The notes under the pieces were generated by a model. The model made no database searches. It saw only the letters and a program-made list of their open reading frames with translations, and was not told the origin of the DNA. From NCBI GenBank assembly GCA_043754515.1, contig JAYUUO010000153.1, positions 1-36,464 on the forward strand: 36,464 bases of DNA, written 5' to 3'. Each line of letters starts with the position of its first letter. Within the stretch, counting starts at the first letter, position 1. The position numbers and the translations under genes were made by a program. Positions 26,092 to 35,832 of the stretch are shown in pieces. The stretch is from Armatimonadota bacterium (GTDB taxonomy: Bacteria > Armatimonadota > Armatimonadia > Armatimonadales > Armatimonadaceae).

Positions 26092-29000
26092 ATGTCTAAC
26101 GATACCATCAAGCCGATATTTTACGACCCGTCCGAACGCCGCGCCGGGCGCGTGCAGTATACCGGCATCCTAATCGCCATCCTCGCCGCGACCTTTTTCA
26201 CGCTGTTCTGGGCGAGCATTCTATTCGTGCCGATTTCGCAACGGTTGCGCCTGACGCCGCCCAAGTTCCTGCCCGATATGTCGCTCCACCCTGGCAACGG
26301 CGTCGCCCTCCCTAAGACGACCCCGCGCCGCGACGATCTGCTAGCACGCTCGTCTCGAACAAAGCCGTTCCCGTCTCCTATTTCGGGCAAAGCTCAGGGC
26401 GTCGTGGGCGGTTTCTACGTCAGTTGGGATCAAGCCTCGCTCGCCTCGCTCCGGGAGCACGCGGGCGAGATGACGCACATTTTCCCCGGCTGGCTTCACA
26501 TCAATCAGAGCGGCGACGGGCTGATCATTCGCGACACCGACCCGACCGACGCCGAAGCGAAGCGCATCGCTACCGCCGCCCATTTACAGGTCGTGCCACT
26601 CGTGAATAACTTCTCGACCGCCATCAACGACTTCGACGAGAAGTGCCTCCATGTGCTACTCGCGTCGCCGACGAACCGGGCCGCGTTCGCGAATCGTCTT
26701 TTCGACTACATCCGCGCGAACGGGTACGCGGGCATCAACCTCGACTTCGAGACCGAGGACGATGACGATCGCGCCGCCATCGCCGATTTTGCCGCCGAAC
26801 TGTCCACGCGCTTTCATCCGAGCGGCCTACTGGTGACGGCGTGTACTCAGGTGGACGGGGACCAGACGCAGACGAAGCGCATAGCGGACGCCTGCGACTT
26901 CATCGTGCCGATGGTCTACGACCTGCACTGGTCAGGCGGCACCGCCGGGCCGATCGCGCCCCGCTCTTGGGCCGAGGAGCAGATCACAGCACTACTGAAC
27001 AAGGTTCCGGCGGATAAAGTCGTGCTGGCGGTCGGGAACTACGCCTACGACTGGGTTGAGGGCAAAGCGGGTGGCAAGTCCCTCACCTTCGGCGAGGCGA
27101 TGGTCACGGCGCAGGAGTCGCTCGACGCGGAAGGCGGCTCCGACGCCGGCGTCGTGCGCTGGGACGTGGCAAGCCAGAACCCCCACTTCACCTATGAGGA
27201 GGACGGTACGCGGCACGATATCTGGGCGATGGACGCCGCGACGGCGTTCAACGTCATGCGCTACGCCGAGTCGAAGGGCATCAGTGGGCGCGCCCTCTGG
27301 TACGTTGGGAGCGAGGACCCATCCCTCTGGTCGTTCTTCGGCAGGGGAAAAAAGGCGGTCGCGACCGACCCGCTCCGCACGGTGCGCTACGGCTTCGAAC
27401 TGGGATTCGAGGGCGAGGGCGAGGCACTCGATGTAACCACGCTCCCGCAGGTCGGGCAGCGCAAGCTTACCACGGACACGGGCGGCTACATCACGAACCA
27501 GACGTTTACGAGTTACCCGACCGCCTGTGTCGTGCGCCGCTCTGGTAAGCGCGACAAGCAGATCGCGCTGACGTTCGACGACGGGCCGGACCCGCGCTGG
27601 ACCCCGGCGGTGCTGGACGCGCTGGCGAAGGCACACGCCCCTGCGACGTTCTTCGTGATCGGCGTCAACGCGCAGAGCGACGCCGGGCTCCTGCGCCGCG
27701 AGTGGCAGGAGGGGCATCTAATCGGCAACCACTCGTTCTATCACCCGAACCTAGCACTCGTGTCGAAAGAGCGTGTCCGGCTGGAGATTGACGCCACCAA
27801 GCGGGCCATTCAAGCGGCGACGCTCCACTCCACGACCCTATTCCGCCCTCCCTATGGGATTGACACCGAGCCGAGCACGACGCAGGAAATCATCCCGCTG
27901 CTCGCCGCGAAGAAACTCGGCTACGTCACTATCGGCGAGGGGATAGACCCGCGCGACTGGGAAAGCGGCGCGCAAAAACAGACGGCGGAGCAGATCACGG
28001 CCCACGTGCTCGCGGACGCCGAAGCGGGTGCCGGAAATATTGTCCTGCTCCATGACAGCGGGGGAGACCGCTCCGAGACGATCCGCGCGATCCCGCTGAT
28101 CGTCTCCGAACTCCGCGCCCGCGGCTATAAGATAGTCGGCGTGAACGACCTGATCGGTGCCCCGCGCTCGAAAGTCATGCCTGAGATCACCGGGCGTCAG
28201 CGGTATATCGCGCTGTTCGACCGGGCGATTTTCACCGTCTCCTCACAGTCGGGCAACTTCTTCGCCGCCGTGTTCGTGGTATCGCTGGTGGCGGGAACGA
28301 TCCGGCTCCTGGGCACCGCTATTCTGGCGCTGATCCACGCGGGGCGCGAGAAGGGCGATCAGCGCGAGCCGATCACGCTCGCGGACGCGCCGACGGTGTC
28401 GGTGGTGATCGCCGCCTACAACGAGGAGAAGGTGATCGCGCGTACGATCCGCGCGTTGCTTGACGGTGGCTACCCGCGTCTCGAAGTGATCGTGGTGGAC
28501 GATGGGTCGAAAGATGATACGTCTGGCGTCGTAGCGCGGGAGTTCGGCGGGGAGCGGCGGGTGCATCTTATCACTCAGGCGAACGGCGGCAAGGCGAGCG
28601 CGCTGAATACCGGGATACTCGAATCGTCCGGCTCGATCCTGGTCGGCCTCGACGCCGACACCCTGTTCGCGCCCGACACGTTGCACCGGTTGGCGCGCCA
28701 TTTCACCGATCCGGGCGTTGGTGCCGTCGCCGGGAACATCCTGGTCGGGAACCGGGGGAACTGGCTGACGCGCTGGCAGGCGGTGGAATACACGACGTCG
28801 CAGAACTTCGACCGGCGCGCCTACGACGTGCTGAACGCGATCCTAGTCGTGCCCGGTTGCGTCGGCGCATGGCGCAAAGACGCGGTGGCGGCGGCGGGGA
28901 TGTACCAGCGTGACACACTGGCCGAGGACGCTGACCTGACGTGGCGCGTGCGGAAAGCCGGCTGGCGGATCGTGTGCGATAACTCCGCGCTCGCGTTTAC

Positions 29001-29523
29001 GGAGGCACCGGAGCGAATTCGCGACCTGATGAAACAGCGGTTCCGGTGGACGTTCGGCACCCTGCAAGTGTTGTGGAAACACCGCTCGTTGTTCGGCAAC
29101 CGTAAATACGGCGCGTTCGGGACGGTGGTGATCCCGTGCCTGTGGATATTCCAGATGCTGTTGCCGCTCGCCGCGCCGGCGGCGGACGCTGGGATCGTGG
29201 CGACGATGTTCAGCAAGAATTGGCTCGCGGTGGCGGTCTACGGCATGTTCTTTTTCGCGTCCGAACTCGCGGCTGCGTACCTCGCTTTCGCGCTGGACGG
29301 CGCGAGCCGGGAGCGACGCTCGGACCTGCGCTTGCTTTTTATACAGCGTTTCGTGTACCGTTACGTCATGTTCGCCGTGCTCTTACGGGCGATAGTCGCC
29401 GCGATGCAGGGTGTCAGTACCGGATGGGGGAAACTCGACCGTAGAGGCACCGCGCGCGTGACGCCGCCCGCGGGGGCGAATCCCCCGCGCGGACAGCGGA
29501 CGCCCGAAGCGTCCGCGGAATAG
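26092..29523 (+). CDS. GH18-like hydrolase / CE4 polysaccharide deacetylase / GT2 glycosyltransferase fusion (PgaC/IcaA-like synthase domain)
   Basis: GH18-like YAGINLDFE and MVYDLH. CE4 TFDDGP, HSFYHP, FRPPYG, LLHD. GT2 VDDGSKD, DADT, LAEDAD, QRFRW. Start is 26092 or 26074. Confidence 0.9.
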   Translation: MSNDTIKPIFYDPSERRAGRVQYTGILIAILAATFFTLFWASILFVPISQRLRLTPPKFLPDMSLHPGNGVALPKTTPRRDDLLARSSRTKPFPSPISGKAQGVVGGFYVSWDQASLASLREHAGEMTHIFPGWLHINQSGDGLIIRDTDPTDAEAKRIATAAHLQVVPLVNNFSTAINDFDEKCLHVLLASPTNRAAFANRLFDYIRANGYAGINLDFETEDDDDRAAIADFAAELSTRFHPSGLLVTACTQVDGDQTQTKRIADACDFIVPMVYDLHWSGGTAGPIAPRSWAEEQITALLNKVPADKVVLAVGNYAYDWVEGKAGGKSLTFGEAMVTAQESLDAEGGSDAGVVRWDVASQNPHFTYEEDGTRHDIWAMDAATAFNVMRYAESKGISGRALWYVGSEDPSLWSFFGRGKKAVATDPLRTVRYGFELGFEGEGEALDVTTLPQVGQRKLTTDTGGYITNQTFTSYPTACVVRRSGKRDKQIALTFDDGPDPRWTPAVLDALAKAHAPATFFVIGVNAQSDAGLLRREWQEGHLIGNHSFYHPNLALVSKERVRLEIDATKRAIQAATLHSTTLFRPPYGIDTEPSTTQEIIPLLAAKKLGYVTIGEGIDPRDWESGAQKQTAEQITAHVLADAEAGAGNIVLLHDSGGDRSETIRAIPLIVSELRARGYKIVGVNDLIGAPRSKVMPEITGRQRYIALFDRAIFTVSSQSGNFFAAVFVVSLVAGTIRLLGTAILALIHAGREKGDQREPITLADAPTVSVVIAAYNEEKVIARTIRALLDGGYPRLEVIVVDDGSKDDTSGVVAREFGGERRVHLITQANGGKASALNTGILESSGSILVGLDADTLFAPDTLHRLARHFTDPGVGAVAGNILVGNRGNWLTRWQAVEYTTSQNFDRRAYDVLNAILVVPGCVGAWRKDAVAAAGMYQRDTLAEDADLTWRVRKAGWRIVCDNSALAFTEAPERIRDLMKQRFRWTFGTLQVLWKHRSLFGNRKYGAFGTVVIPCLWIFQMLLPLAAPAADAGIVATMFSKNWLAVAVYGMFFFASELAAAYLAFALDGASRERRSDLRLLFIQRFVYRYVMFAVLLRAIVAAMQGVSTGWGKLDRRGTARVTPPAGANPPRGQRTPEASAE

Positions 29524-29536
29524 GTAGATACCGACG

Positions 29537-29872
29537 ATGAACGACGAAGAAAACGACGACACCCAGGGCGAGGCAGGTGGGAACGACGACGCGACCAGAA
29601 CCGGGGCCGCTACCCCCGACCTGGAGGAGCACCGCGACACGATCACGAACGCGCTCGGCGCGGCGGCGGAACAGAAGGGCATTCCGTTCGCGGCCCTCGC
29701 CTCGCAACTCGGGCTTTCGACCGACGACATGAACGGCTTAAGCCAGGGCGACCTGATGACGGCGGCGAAACATCTGGCGGCGGAACACCCCGAAATGGTG
29801 CAGTCGTTGATCGCCAAACTGCCGATGGGCAACATGCTCGGCGGTTTCGTTACGCAGTTCTTGTCGCGGTAG
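29537..29872 (+). CDS. Hypothetical protein
   Basis: 111 aa with GC3-rich codons, tightly packed between the GT2 fusion gene and rlmH. Confidence 0.7.
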   Translation: MNDEENDDTQGEAGGNDDATRTGAATPDLEEHRDTITNALGAAAEQKGIPFAALASQLGLSTDDMNGLSQGDLMTAAKHLAAEHPEMVQSLIAKLPMGNMLGGFVTQFLSR

Positions 29873-29878
29873 CCGCCA

Positions 29879-30373
29879 GTGAAGTGCCCGATCCGGATCA
29901 TCGCGGTCGGCAAACTGCGCGAGCCGTTCTGGAAAGATGCGGTCGCGGAGTACGCCAAGCGGTTGCAAAGCTTCACAACGCGCCTTGACCTGATTGAGGT
30001 CGCGGACGAGGCGACCCCCGACGACGCCTCGCCCGCCCAAGAAATGAGCGGGCGGGAGCGGGAGGGGGAGCGGATCCTGGCGCGGATCGGCGAGCGGGAC
30101 CACGTGATCGCGCTGGACGGGTCGCGCGGCGAGTCATTCACCTCGCCTGCGTTCGCCGCCCGGCTAGAAAGTCTGCTCGCGGGCGGCACCGCGAGCGGCT
30201 TCGTGTTCGTGATCGGCGGGTCGCTCGGGCTGGCAGGGAGCGTGCTGGCCCGCGCTGACCTGCTACTCTCGTTCGGAACGTTTACCTACCCACACCAGAT
30301 GATGCGCGTGATCTTGCTGGAGCAACTGTTTCGGGCGGGGAAGATAAGCGCGGGGCAGGCGTACCATAAATGA
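29879..30373 (+). CDS. rlmH: 23S rRNA (pseudouridine1915-N3)-methyltransferase RlmH
   Basis: IIAVGKL, EYAKRL, FVIGGSLGL, LSFGTFTYPHQMMRVILLEQLFRA..I..G..YHK. Confidence 0.96.
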   Translation: MKCPIRIIAVGKLREPFWKDAVAEYAKRLQSFTTRLDLIEVADEATPDDASPAQEMSGREREGERILARIGERDHVIALDGSRGESFTSPAFAARLESLLAGGTASGFVFVIGGSLGLAGSVLARADLLLSFGTFTYPHQMMRVILLEQLFRAGKISAGQAYHK

Positions 30374-30435
30374 AGCCTTACCGCGCGACCTCATCGGTTT
30401 TGCTTGCTAATGCCGCACCTCATTGGGCACCGTGT

Positions 30436-31314
30436 CTAGTTCGAGCTAAATACCTTCTCCGCGCTCTTTCGGACGGCACCATGACCGGTAGCGGAAGCGA
30501 TCCGCAGGTCCTCTCGCGCCTCCCTATCAACCCTCGCGTCGCCGCGCACCAACTGGCCGTCGTACCGCTTATGGTTATTGTTGAATGCCCTACGTGTCAT
30601 CGCGCTGTAGTAACGCACCACTGCCAGATCGGGCTTCAGACTCATGGCTTCCGTGCAGTCTTGTAGCGACTGAACTTCCTCTAAACTGCCGGACAGACGT
30701 AAGCGAGCGACCGCGACGCGAGTCACTGCTTTGAGCGTACTTACCCCGTAATCCCGCACTCGAAACCCGTCTTCCGTCCAAGGTCCATTGTGGTTAGGGT
30801 CTTCCTTGTAATAGATACCCCATTTGCTCATCCCGTGTTCGTAGGCGTCGCACGCTTCCCCGAACCGACCCAGGTCCGCCAGCACCTGTGCATAGCGCAG
30901 GTACGTCTCGATGTCGGTCTGATCGCTGGAGTTCATGGTGATGTTGTTGTAGTAAATAGTGGCCTCGAACTCACACGCGGTCTCCGTAGCCTTGCCGGTC
31001 TGGTATAGGCAAAAGGCATGGAATGGACTATTAGGATCCCGCCTGACGATCCCCAACTCCGACTCACGTCGCCGCACCTTCGCGTCAACGGCCATCCAAT
31101 CGCTGTATCTGCCAGCATACCAGGCGTTGCGAAGCTTCTCGAACAATTTCATTAGCAACTCGTCCTCGGGGGGGACAGGTCGGGTTCTGTCGGGTCCCCA
31201 GTAGCCCCGCCCTTTCTCCGGAGCGGACACCTGCGCGGACGCCAGGCTACAGACAATGAGCGCCGCGACCAGTACCCCCGTCAATCGTATATACGTCGTA
31301 CTTAAAGATAACAT
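30436..31314 (-). CDS. Exported TPR-like hypothetical protein
   Basis: Signal peptide (..SLASA), YLRYAQVLADLGRFGEACDAYE and EAMSLKPDLAVVRYY TPR-like helices. SD AGGAG. Confidence 0.7.
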   Translation of the reverse strand: MLSLSTTYIRLTGVLVAALIVCSLASAQVSAPEKGRGYWGPDRTRPVPPEDELLMKLFEKLRNAWYAGRYSDWMAVDAKVRRRESELGIVRRDPNSPFHAFCLYQTGKATETACEFEATIYYNNITMNSSDQTDIETYLRYAQVLADLGRFGEACDAYEHGMSKWGIYYKEDPNHNGPWTEDGFRVRDYGVSTLKAVTRVAVARLRLSGSLEEVQSLQDCTEAMSLKPDLAVVRYYSAMTRRAFNNNHKRYDGQLVRGDARVDREAREDLRIASATGHGAVRKSAEKVFSSN

Positions 31315-31342
31315 ATTAGACTCCTTTCGTTACTAATCACGG

Positions 31343-31615
31343 TCAGTTGACCGTTCCGCTCGCGTTGTTCTGTGACCAAACAGGGTGATCCGATGCTGGC
31401 GAGTACGTCGGCCCCGACTTGCTCTTGCTGGTGACCGACCATTTACCACTTTGCTTGGTGGCTGTCCCACTCCATCCCCAGTCTATCGCTCCTACAGGAA
31501 CCCATTTGCTGTCGTTGTTCGGGGGTGGGGGTGGTAAGAACATGAGGTACGTCTTGAGCGCGTCGGAAGCAACAGCCTTGGTCGCCCAGCCAGGCAATGA
31601 CATGCTGGGGCTGTC
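31343..31615 (-). pseudogene. 3' remnant of a beta-rich, probably secreted protein gene
   Basis: DSPSMSLPGW...LKTYLMFLPP...KWVPVGAIDWGWSGTATKQSGKWSV...HPVWSQN* ends 28 nt before the TPR gene. Its 5' end is replaced by an IS fragment. Confidence 0.5.
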
Positions 31616-31798
31616 TTCGGCGAACGCTGTCAGTCTGTCGCTGGCATCTCTGTGCCTCGTAAGCCGGCCGGAACTCGGCAAGCAACTGATCGAATTGGGC
31701 GACACTCAACCCGGTAAGCGAGTGCAAGTGCCGGGGGTGGCGGCGTAACTTGGAAAGGTAGAGCATGACCCAGTCTACACTAATTCCGCATCAGGTCT
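31608..31798 (-). mobile_element. 5' fragment of an IS5-like transposase (HTH_Tnp_4 N-terminus) with probable left end
   Basis: MLYLSKLRRHPRHLHSLTGLSVAQFDQLL...RRRQP. Upstream AGACCTGATGCGGAATTA resembles IS5-type ends. No DDE domain present. Confidence 0.65.
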
Positions 31799-32239
31799 TT
31801 ACGGCATAGGTTCCTCGAAAGTGATTTCTGGCAGATCACCCGGTTGCGAGTACCTTTTCGTCGACACCACCACGTTCTTACCGAAGTGGCGATCGTAGTC
31901 GAATGATCGAGCGACGGCAGATATACCGTCTTATCGGGTGTCTGCATCAATGTGCGCCGATTCAAGAAGGCGAGTTGCCTCGGGAGCGAGTACAACGCCA
32001 CTGATGAAGGAGTAGGATTCGGCAACAAATGTCAACCCCGTTTTTGCGGTGAGCAATCCGAAGACGTCAGAAAACTCTTGCCCATCTTTCTGCTTTTCCA
32101 CTTCAAGTGTTCCTCTATGATCGAGCCACCTCAAACTGTACCAGAGTTCTACCTCCTCCCACGAACGATCCGACCTCGAGCCACGCACTGTAAGCACCTC
32201 GCCGCCGACGTGCGGTATCATAGACCACACGCAACACTC

Positions 32240-33370
32240 ATGACAACCGACAGAATCACAATCGCCTGTGTGCTGGGCACGCGCCCCGACGCCGTGAAGA
32301 TGGCCCCCGTAATAAAGGAGTTCGCCCGTTTCCCCGACCAGGTGCGGCAGGTCGTGATCTCGACCGGGCAACACCGGGAAATGCTGGAACAGGTCTTTTC
32401 GGTGTTCGAGATGCGCCCCGACCATGATCTCGGCTTGATGCAGCCGCGCCAGACGCTCCCCGATTTGACCGCGCGGGCGATTACGGCTCTAACTCCCGTG
32501 TTGGAAGCTGAAAAGCCTGACCTCGTCATCGCGCAAGGGGACACGACCACGACGTTCGCCGCGTCCCTCGCGGCGTTCTACGCGCGGACGAAGTTCGGGC
32601 ACGTCGAAGCCGGTCTGCGCACCGACGATAAATGGGACCCGTTCCCCGAAGAAATGAACCGGCGCATGACAACGCGCCTCGCCGACCTGCACTTCGCGCC
32701 CACCGATCTCGCCGCGAAGAACCTGCTCCGGGAAGGCGTCCCGGTGGACACGGTGCGCGTGACCGGGAACACGGTGGTGGACGCGCTCCTGTCCGTCGCG
32801 GCGCGTGACCACCAGTTCGACGACCCCGCGCTGGCAGGAGCGGTCGCGAAGCCGGGGCGTCTCCTGCTGGTGACCGCGCACCGCCGCGAAAACTGGGGCG
32901 AGCCGATGGCGAACATCTGCCGCGCCGTGCTACGGATTCTGGACGCGTTCCCCGATACTCATGTGGTGCTACCGATGCACAAGAACCCCGTGGTGCGCGA
33001 GGTGATCGTCCCGCTACTCGGGAATCACCCGCGCGTACTACTCACCGAACCGCAGGAATATGTGCCGTTCGTCCACCTGATGAAGGCGTCGTACTTGGTG
33101 CTGACCGACTCGGGCGGGGCACAGGAAGAGGCACCCGGACTCGGCAAGCCTGTCCTCGTGCTCAGGAAAACCACCGAGCGTCCCGAAGGCGTGGACGCGG
33201 GCACCGCTATGCTGGTCGGTACCGACCCCGGTATGATTTTCGCCGAAGCGGGGAAACTACTCGCCGACGACGCGGCGTATAAAAAGATGGCGCGGGCCGT
33301 TTCTCCCTACGGCGACGGCGACGCGGCGCGGCGTATACGGGAGTGGGTCTTCGATCTATGGCATTTATAA
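32240..33370 (+). CDS. wecB: UDP-N-acetylglucosamine 2-epimerase (non-hydrolysing)
   Basis: GTRP..VKMAP, TGQHREML, QGDTTT, HVEAGLRT, PFPEEMNR, VTGNT, TDSGG.QEEAP, PYGDG. Real start is ATG 32240. Confidence 0.96.
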   Translation: MTTDRITIACVLGTRPDAVKMAPVIKEFARFPDQVRQVVISTGQHREMLEQVFSVFEMRPDHDLGLMQPRQTLPDLTARAITALTPVLEAEKPDLVIAQGDTTTTFAASLAAFYARTKFGHVEAGLRTDDKWDPFPEEMNRRMTTRLADLHFAPTDLAAKNLLREGVPVDTVRVTGNTVVDALLSVAARDHQFDDPALAGAVAKPGRLLLVTAHRRENWGEPMANICRAVLRILDAFPDTHVVLPMHKNPVVREVIVPLLGNHPRVLLTEPQEYVPFVHLMKASYLVLTDSGGAQEEAPGLGKPVLVLRKTTERPEGVDAGTAMLVGTDPGMIFAEAGKLLADDAAYKKMARAVSPYGDGDAARRIREWVFDLWHL

Positions 33371-34719
33371 ACGGCGAGTACGAACAGCGGGATCAACAAA
33401 CGGCGCTGACCGGCGCGGTTGTCGCGGCGGTCGTGGAGCGGCAACGGGTCGTGTCGGAAACGCGCTGGCGCGTGATCGGTGGGATGGTGTTGCGTCTCGC
33501 ATTGCTCGCGCTCTGCGGCTATGTCCTGTGGCGCGTTCGCACTATTGTAACGACCCTGATCATCGCGGGGGTGTTCGCAAGCGCAGCGAGCGCGCTCGTC
33601 GAACCGCTCACCCGGTTTCGCATCCGCTTCCTGACACCGAAAACCCAGCGGATCGCGGCGACCGGGCTCGTCTTCGTCGCGCTGTTCGGCGGGCTGTTCC
33701 TGACCATAAGCGTGATGATACACCCCTTCCAGGTCGAGTGGGTGCAACTCAAAGCGAACTGGCCGCACTACCAGACGTCACTACAAACGTGGGCGGTGGC
33801 GGCGAAAGTCTGGTATCAGGGCCTCTCGCCCGACATCAAGAATCTCGCGTCTAGCGTGCGCGACAAGCAGGCTCTGCCGTCACCGACCGCGTGGCTCGGC
33901 AACATCTTGACGGCGACGATTTCGTGGGCATCGCACGTCGTGGAACTGATCCTGGTGCCGGTGCTGGCGTTCTACTTCACTGTGGACGGCCGCGCCCTGC
34001 GCTCGGAACTCCTGTTCTTCCTGCCGAAGGGGCGGCTACGCTCCACGATGGCGATCATGAACGAGTCGGGGCAGATCATGCGCTCCTACATCGTGGCGCA
34101 ATTCTGGCTGGCGATGATCGCGGGGGTCACTGTGGGTGTCGGGCTTGCGCTTCTCGGCATGCCCTACGCTCTGATTCTAGGCATCTTCGCTGGTGTGACG
34201 CGGGTGATCCCGATCATCGGGCCGCTGGTGGGCGGGATACCGGTCGTCGGGTTGTCGTTCCTGTACGGCACGCAACAGGGGAACCCATACCTCTGGGTCG
34301 GCGTGTTGATTTTCTTCGTCGTACTCCATCTGCTCGAAAGCAAGATTGTCATGCCGCATTTGCTCGGCAAGCACCTGCACCTGCACGCGGTGGTGATACT
34401 CGTCGCGCTCCTGATCGGGGGCGAGTTCTTCGGATTGATGGGTATGTTCCTCGCCGCGCCGTTCGCCGCGCTGACACGGGTTCTGATCATGCACTTCTTC
34501 GTGATCCCGCGCCGACACCAGGAGCAACTGGTTAGGGATTCGAAGGAGGCAACATTAGAAACGGCGACGCCGAACGGGGACCAGCAACCCCCTCTTCGTC
34601 TGACGACGGTCGAGGCCCCGAGCAACGGCTCCGGCAACGGGCGCGGCATGCTCCGATTGGAACGCGCCCTGCGCGCCGACCGGGAGTCGAGGCGCGGGGC
34701 ATCCGGCGACGCCGCGTGA
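33358..34719 (+). CDS. AI-2E family transporter
   Basis: Multiple TM segments, LAFYF..DG, IPIIGP, ESKIVMPHLLG..LHLH, GEFFGLMGMFLAAP. Confidence 0.88.
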   Translation: MAFINGEYEQRDQQTALTGAVVAAVVERQRVVSETRWRVIGGMVLRLALLALCGYVLWRVRTIVTTLIIAGVFASAASALVEPLTRFRIRFLTPKTQRIAATGLVFVALFGGLFLTISVMIHPFQVEWVQLKANWPHYQTSLQTWAVAAKVWYQGLSPDIKNLASSVRDKQALPSPTAWLGNILTATISWASHVVELILVPVLAFYFTVDGRALRSELLFFLPKGRLRSTMAIMNESGQIMRSYIVAQFWLAMIAGVTVGVGLALLGMPYALILGIFAGVTRVIPIIGPLVGGIPVVGLSFLYGTQQGNPYLWVGVLIFFVVLHLLESKIVMPHLLGKHLHLHAVVILVALLIGGEFFGLMGMFLAAPFAALTRVLIMHFFVIPRRHQEQLVRDSKEATLETATPNGDQQPPLRLTTVEAPSNGSGNGRGMLRLERALRADRESRRGASGDAA

Positions 34720-34848
34720 ACGCGGGTTTTCGATAACGCGTCCGAGCGTCTCCGGTGCGCACGCGTCGTCGTGTGATAGGATGATCGTCGGACAGGCCCC
34801 GATCCTCTGGCGTGTTATTGCCGGAGGCTCCGAAAAGGAACAAACGAT

Positions 34849-35826
34849 TTGCCACCGGAACCGCTCAGTTATCTTCAATCCATCGCGTTGGGCTTTTTAC
34901 AAGGCTTGACCGAATTCCTGCCGGTTAGTAGCACCGCGCACATGGCCATCGTGCCGCAACTTTTCGGCATGGGCGATCCCGGGGCTACCTTCTCCGCCAT
35001 CGTGCAACTGGGCCCTATCTTCGCCATCATCACCTACTTCCGCCACGATCTGGTACGCTATGTGCGCGGCATGATACGCAACCCGAACCCCGTCGCGCTG
35101 TTCGCACACCCGAAAGAGGGCGGGGGTGACGTGGACGCGCGCCTCGGCTGGTTCACGATCCTCGGAACCCTCCCGCTCCTGCTCTTCGGCGTGTTACTCG
35201 AAAAGCGCATTGACCGTGACTTCCGCAACCTGTACGTCGTCGCCGCGAGCCTGATTTTGCTGGCCCTCGTCCTCCTATGGGCGGAACGTACCGCGAAACA
35301 GAACACCTCGCTCAAAGAGATAACGCTCAAGGAGAGCATGACCATCGGCTTCGCGCAGGTACTCGCGCTCATTCCGGGCACGTCGCGCTCGGGCGTGACG
35401 ATCACCGCTGGTCTGTTGCAGGGGCTGGATCGCGAGAGTGCCGCCCGCTTCAGTTTCCTGCTCTCGATCCCGGCGATCACGGCTGCGGGCCTGTACAAGC
35501 TTTTTAAAGTACTCAAAACGACGCACCTGGCGGGCGAAACCGGCCCCTACCTCGTCGGCATGGTGGTCGCGGGCCTCGTCGCGTACGTCGTGATCCGCTG
35601 GTTCCTCGGCTACATGAAAGAGCACAACACGCAGATATTCATCTGGTACCGGATTGCGCTCGGCATTCTGGTGCTCATCCTACTCCAGACGCGCTTCCTG
35701 CATAGCAAAACGCCGGAAGCGGACGCGCCCGCCGCGACGACCGCACGTGTGACACGATTGGTGCCGACGACAGTGGGTGTGACGCGGGGGCACACCGCCG
35801 CCGCATACCCGTCGCGCCGGATATAA
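34849..35826 (+). CDS. uppP: Undecaprenyl-diphosphate phosphatase
   Basis: QGLTEFLPVSSTAH, QLG, LIPGTSRSGVTI, AARFSFLLSIP. TTG start with SD AAGGA. Confidence 0.95.
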   Translation: MPPEPLSYLQSIALGFLQGLTEFLPVSSTAHMAIVPQLFGMGDPGATFSAIVQLGPIFAIITYFRHDLVRYVRGMIRNPNPVALFAHPKEGGGDVDARLGWFTILGTLPLLLFGVLLEKRIDRDFRNLYVVAASLILLALVLLWAERTAKQNTSLKEITLKESMTIGFAQVLALIPGTSRSGVTITAGLLQGLDRESAARFSFLLSIPAITAAGLYKLFKVLKTTHLAGETGPYLVGMVVAGLVAYVVIRWFLGYMKEHNTQIFIWYRIALGILVLILLQTRFLHSKTPEADAPAATTARVTRLVPTTVGVTRGHTAAAYPSRRI

Positions 35827-35832
35827 CAACCC

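Noticed and set aside
31800..32200. Minus-strand coding remnant (LEVEKQKDGQEFSDVFGLL...)
   Set aside because: No family recognised and it is interrupted by a stop. Cannot be supported without a search.
32205..32226. gcggtatcataga as a direct repeat (att) of the rlmH 3' end gcgtaccataaa
   Set aside because: The match is short and gapped, and TATCAT is equally explained as the wecB -10 element.
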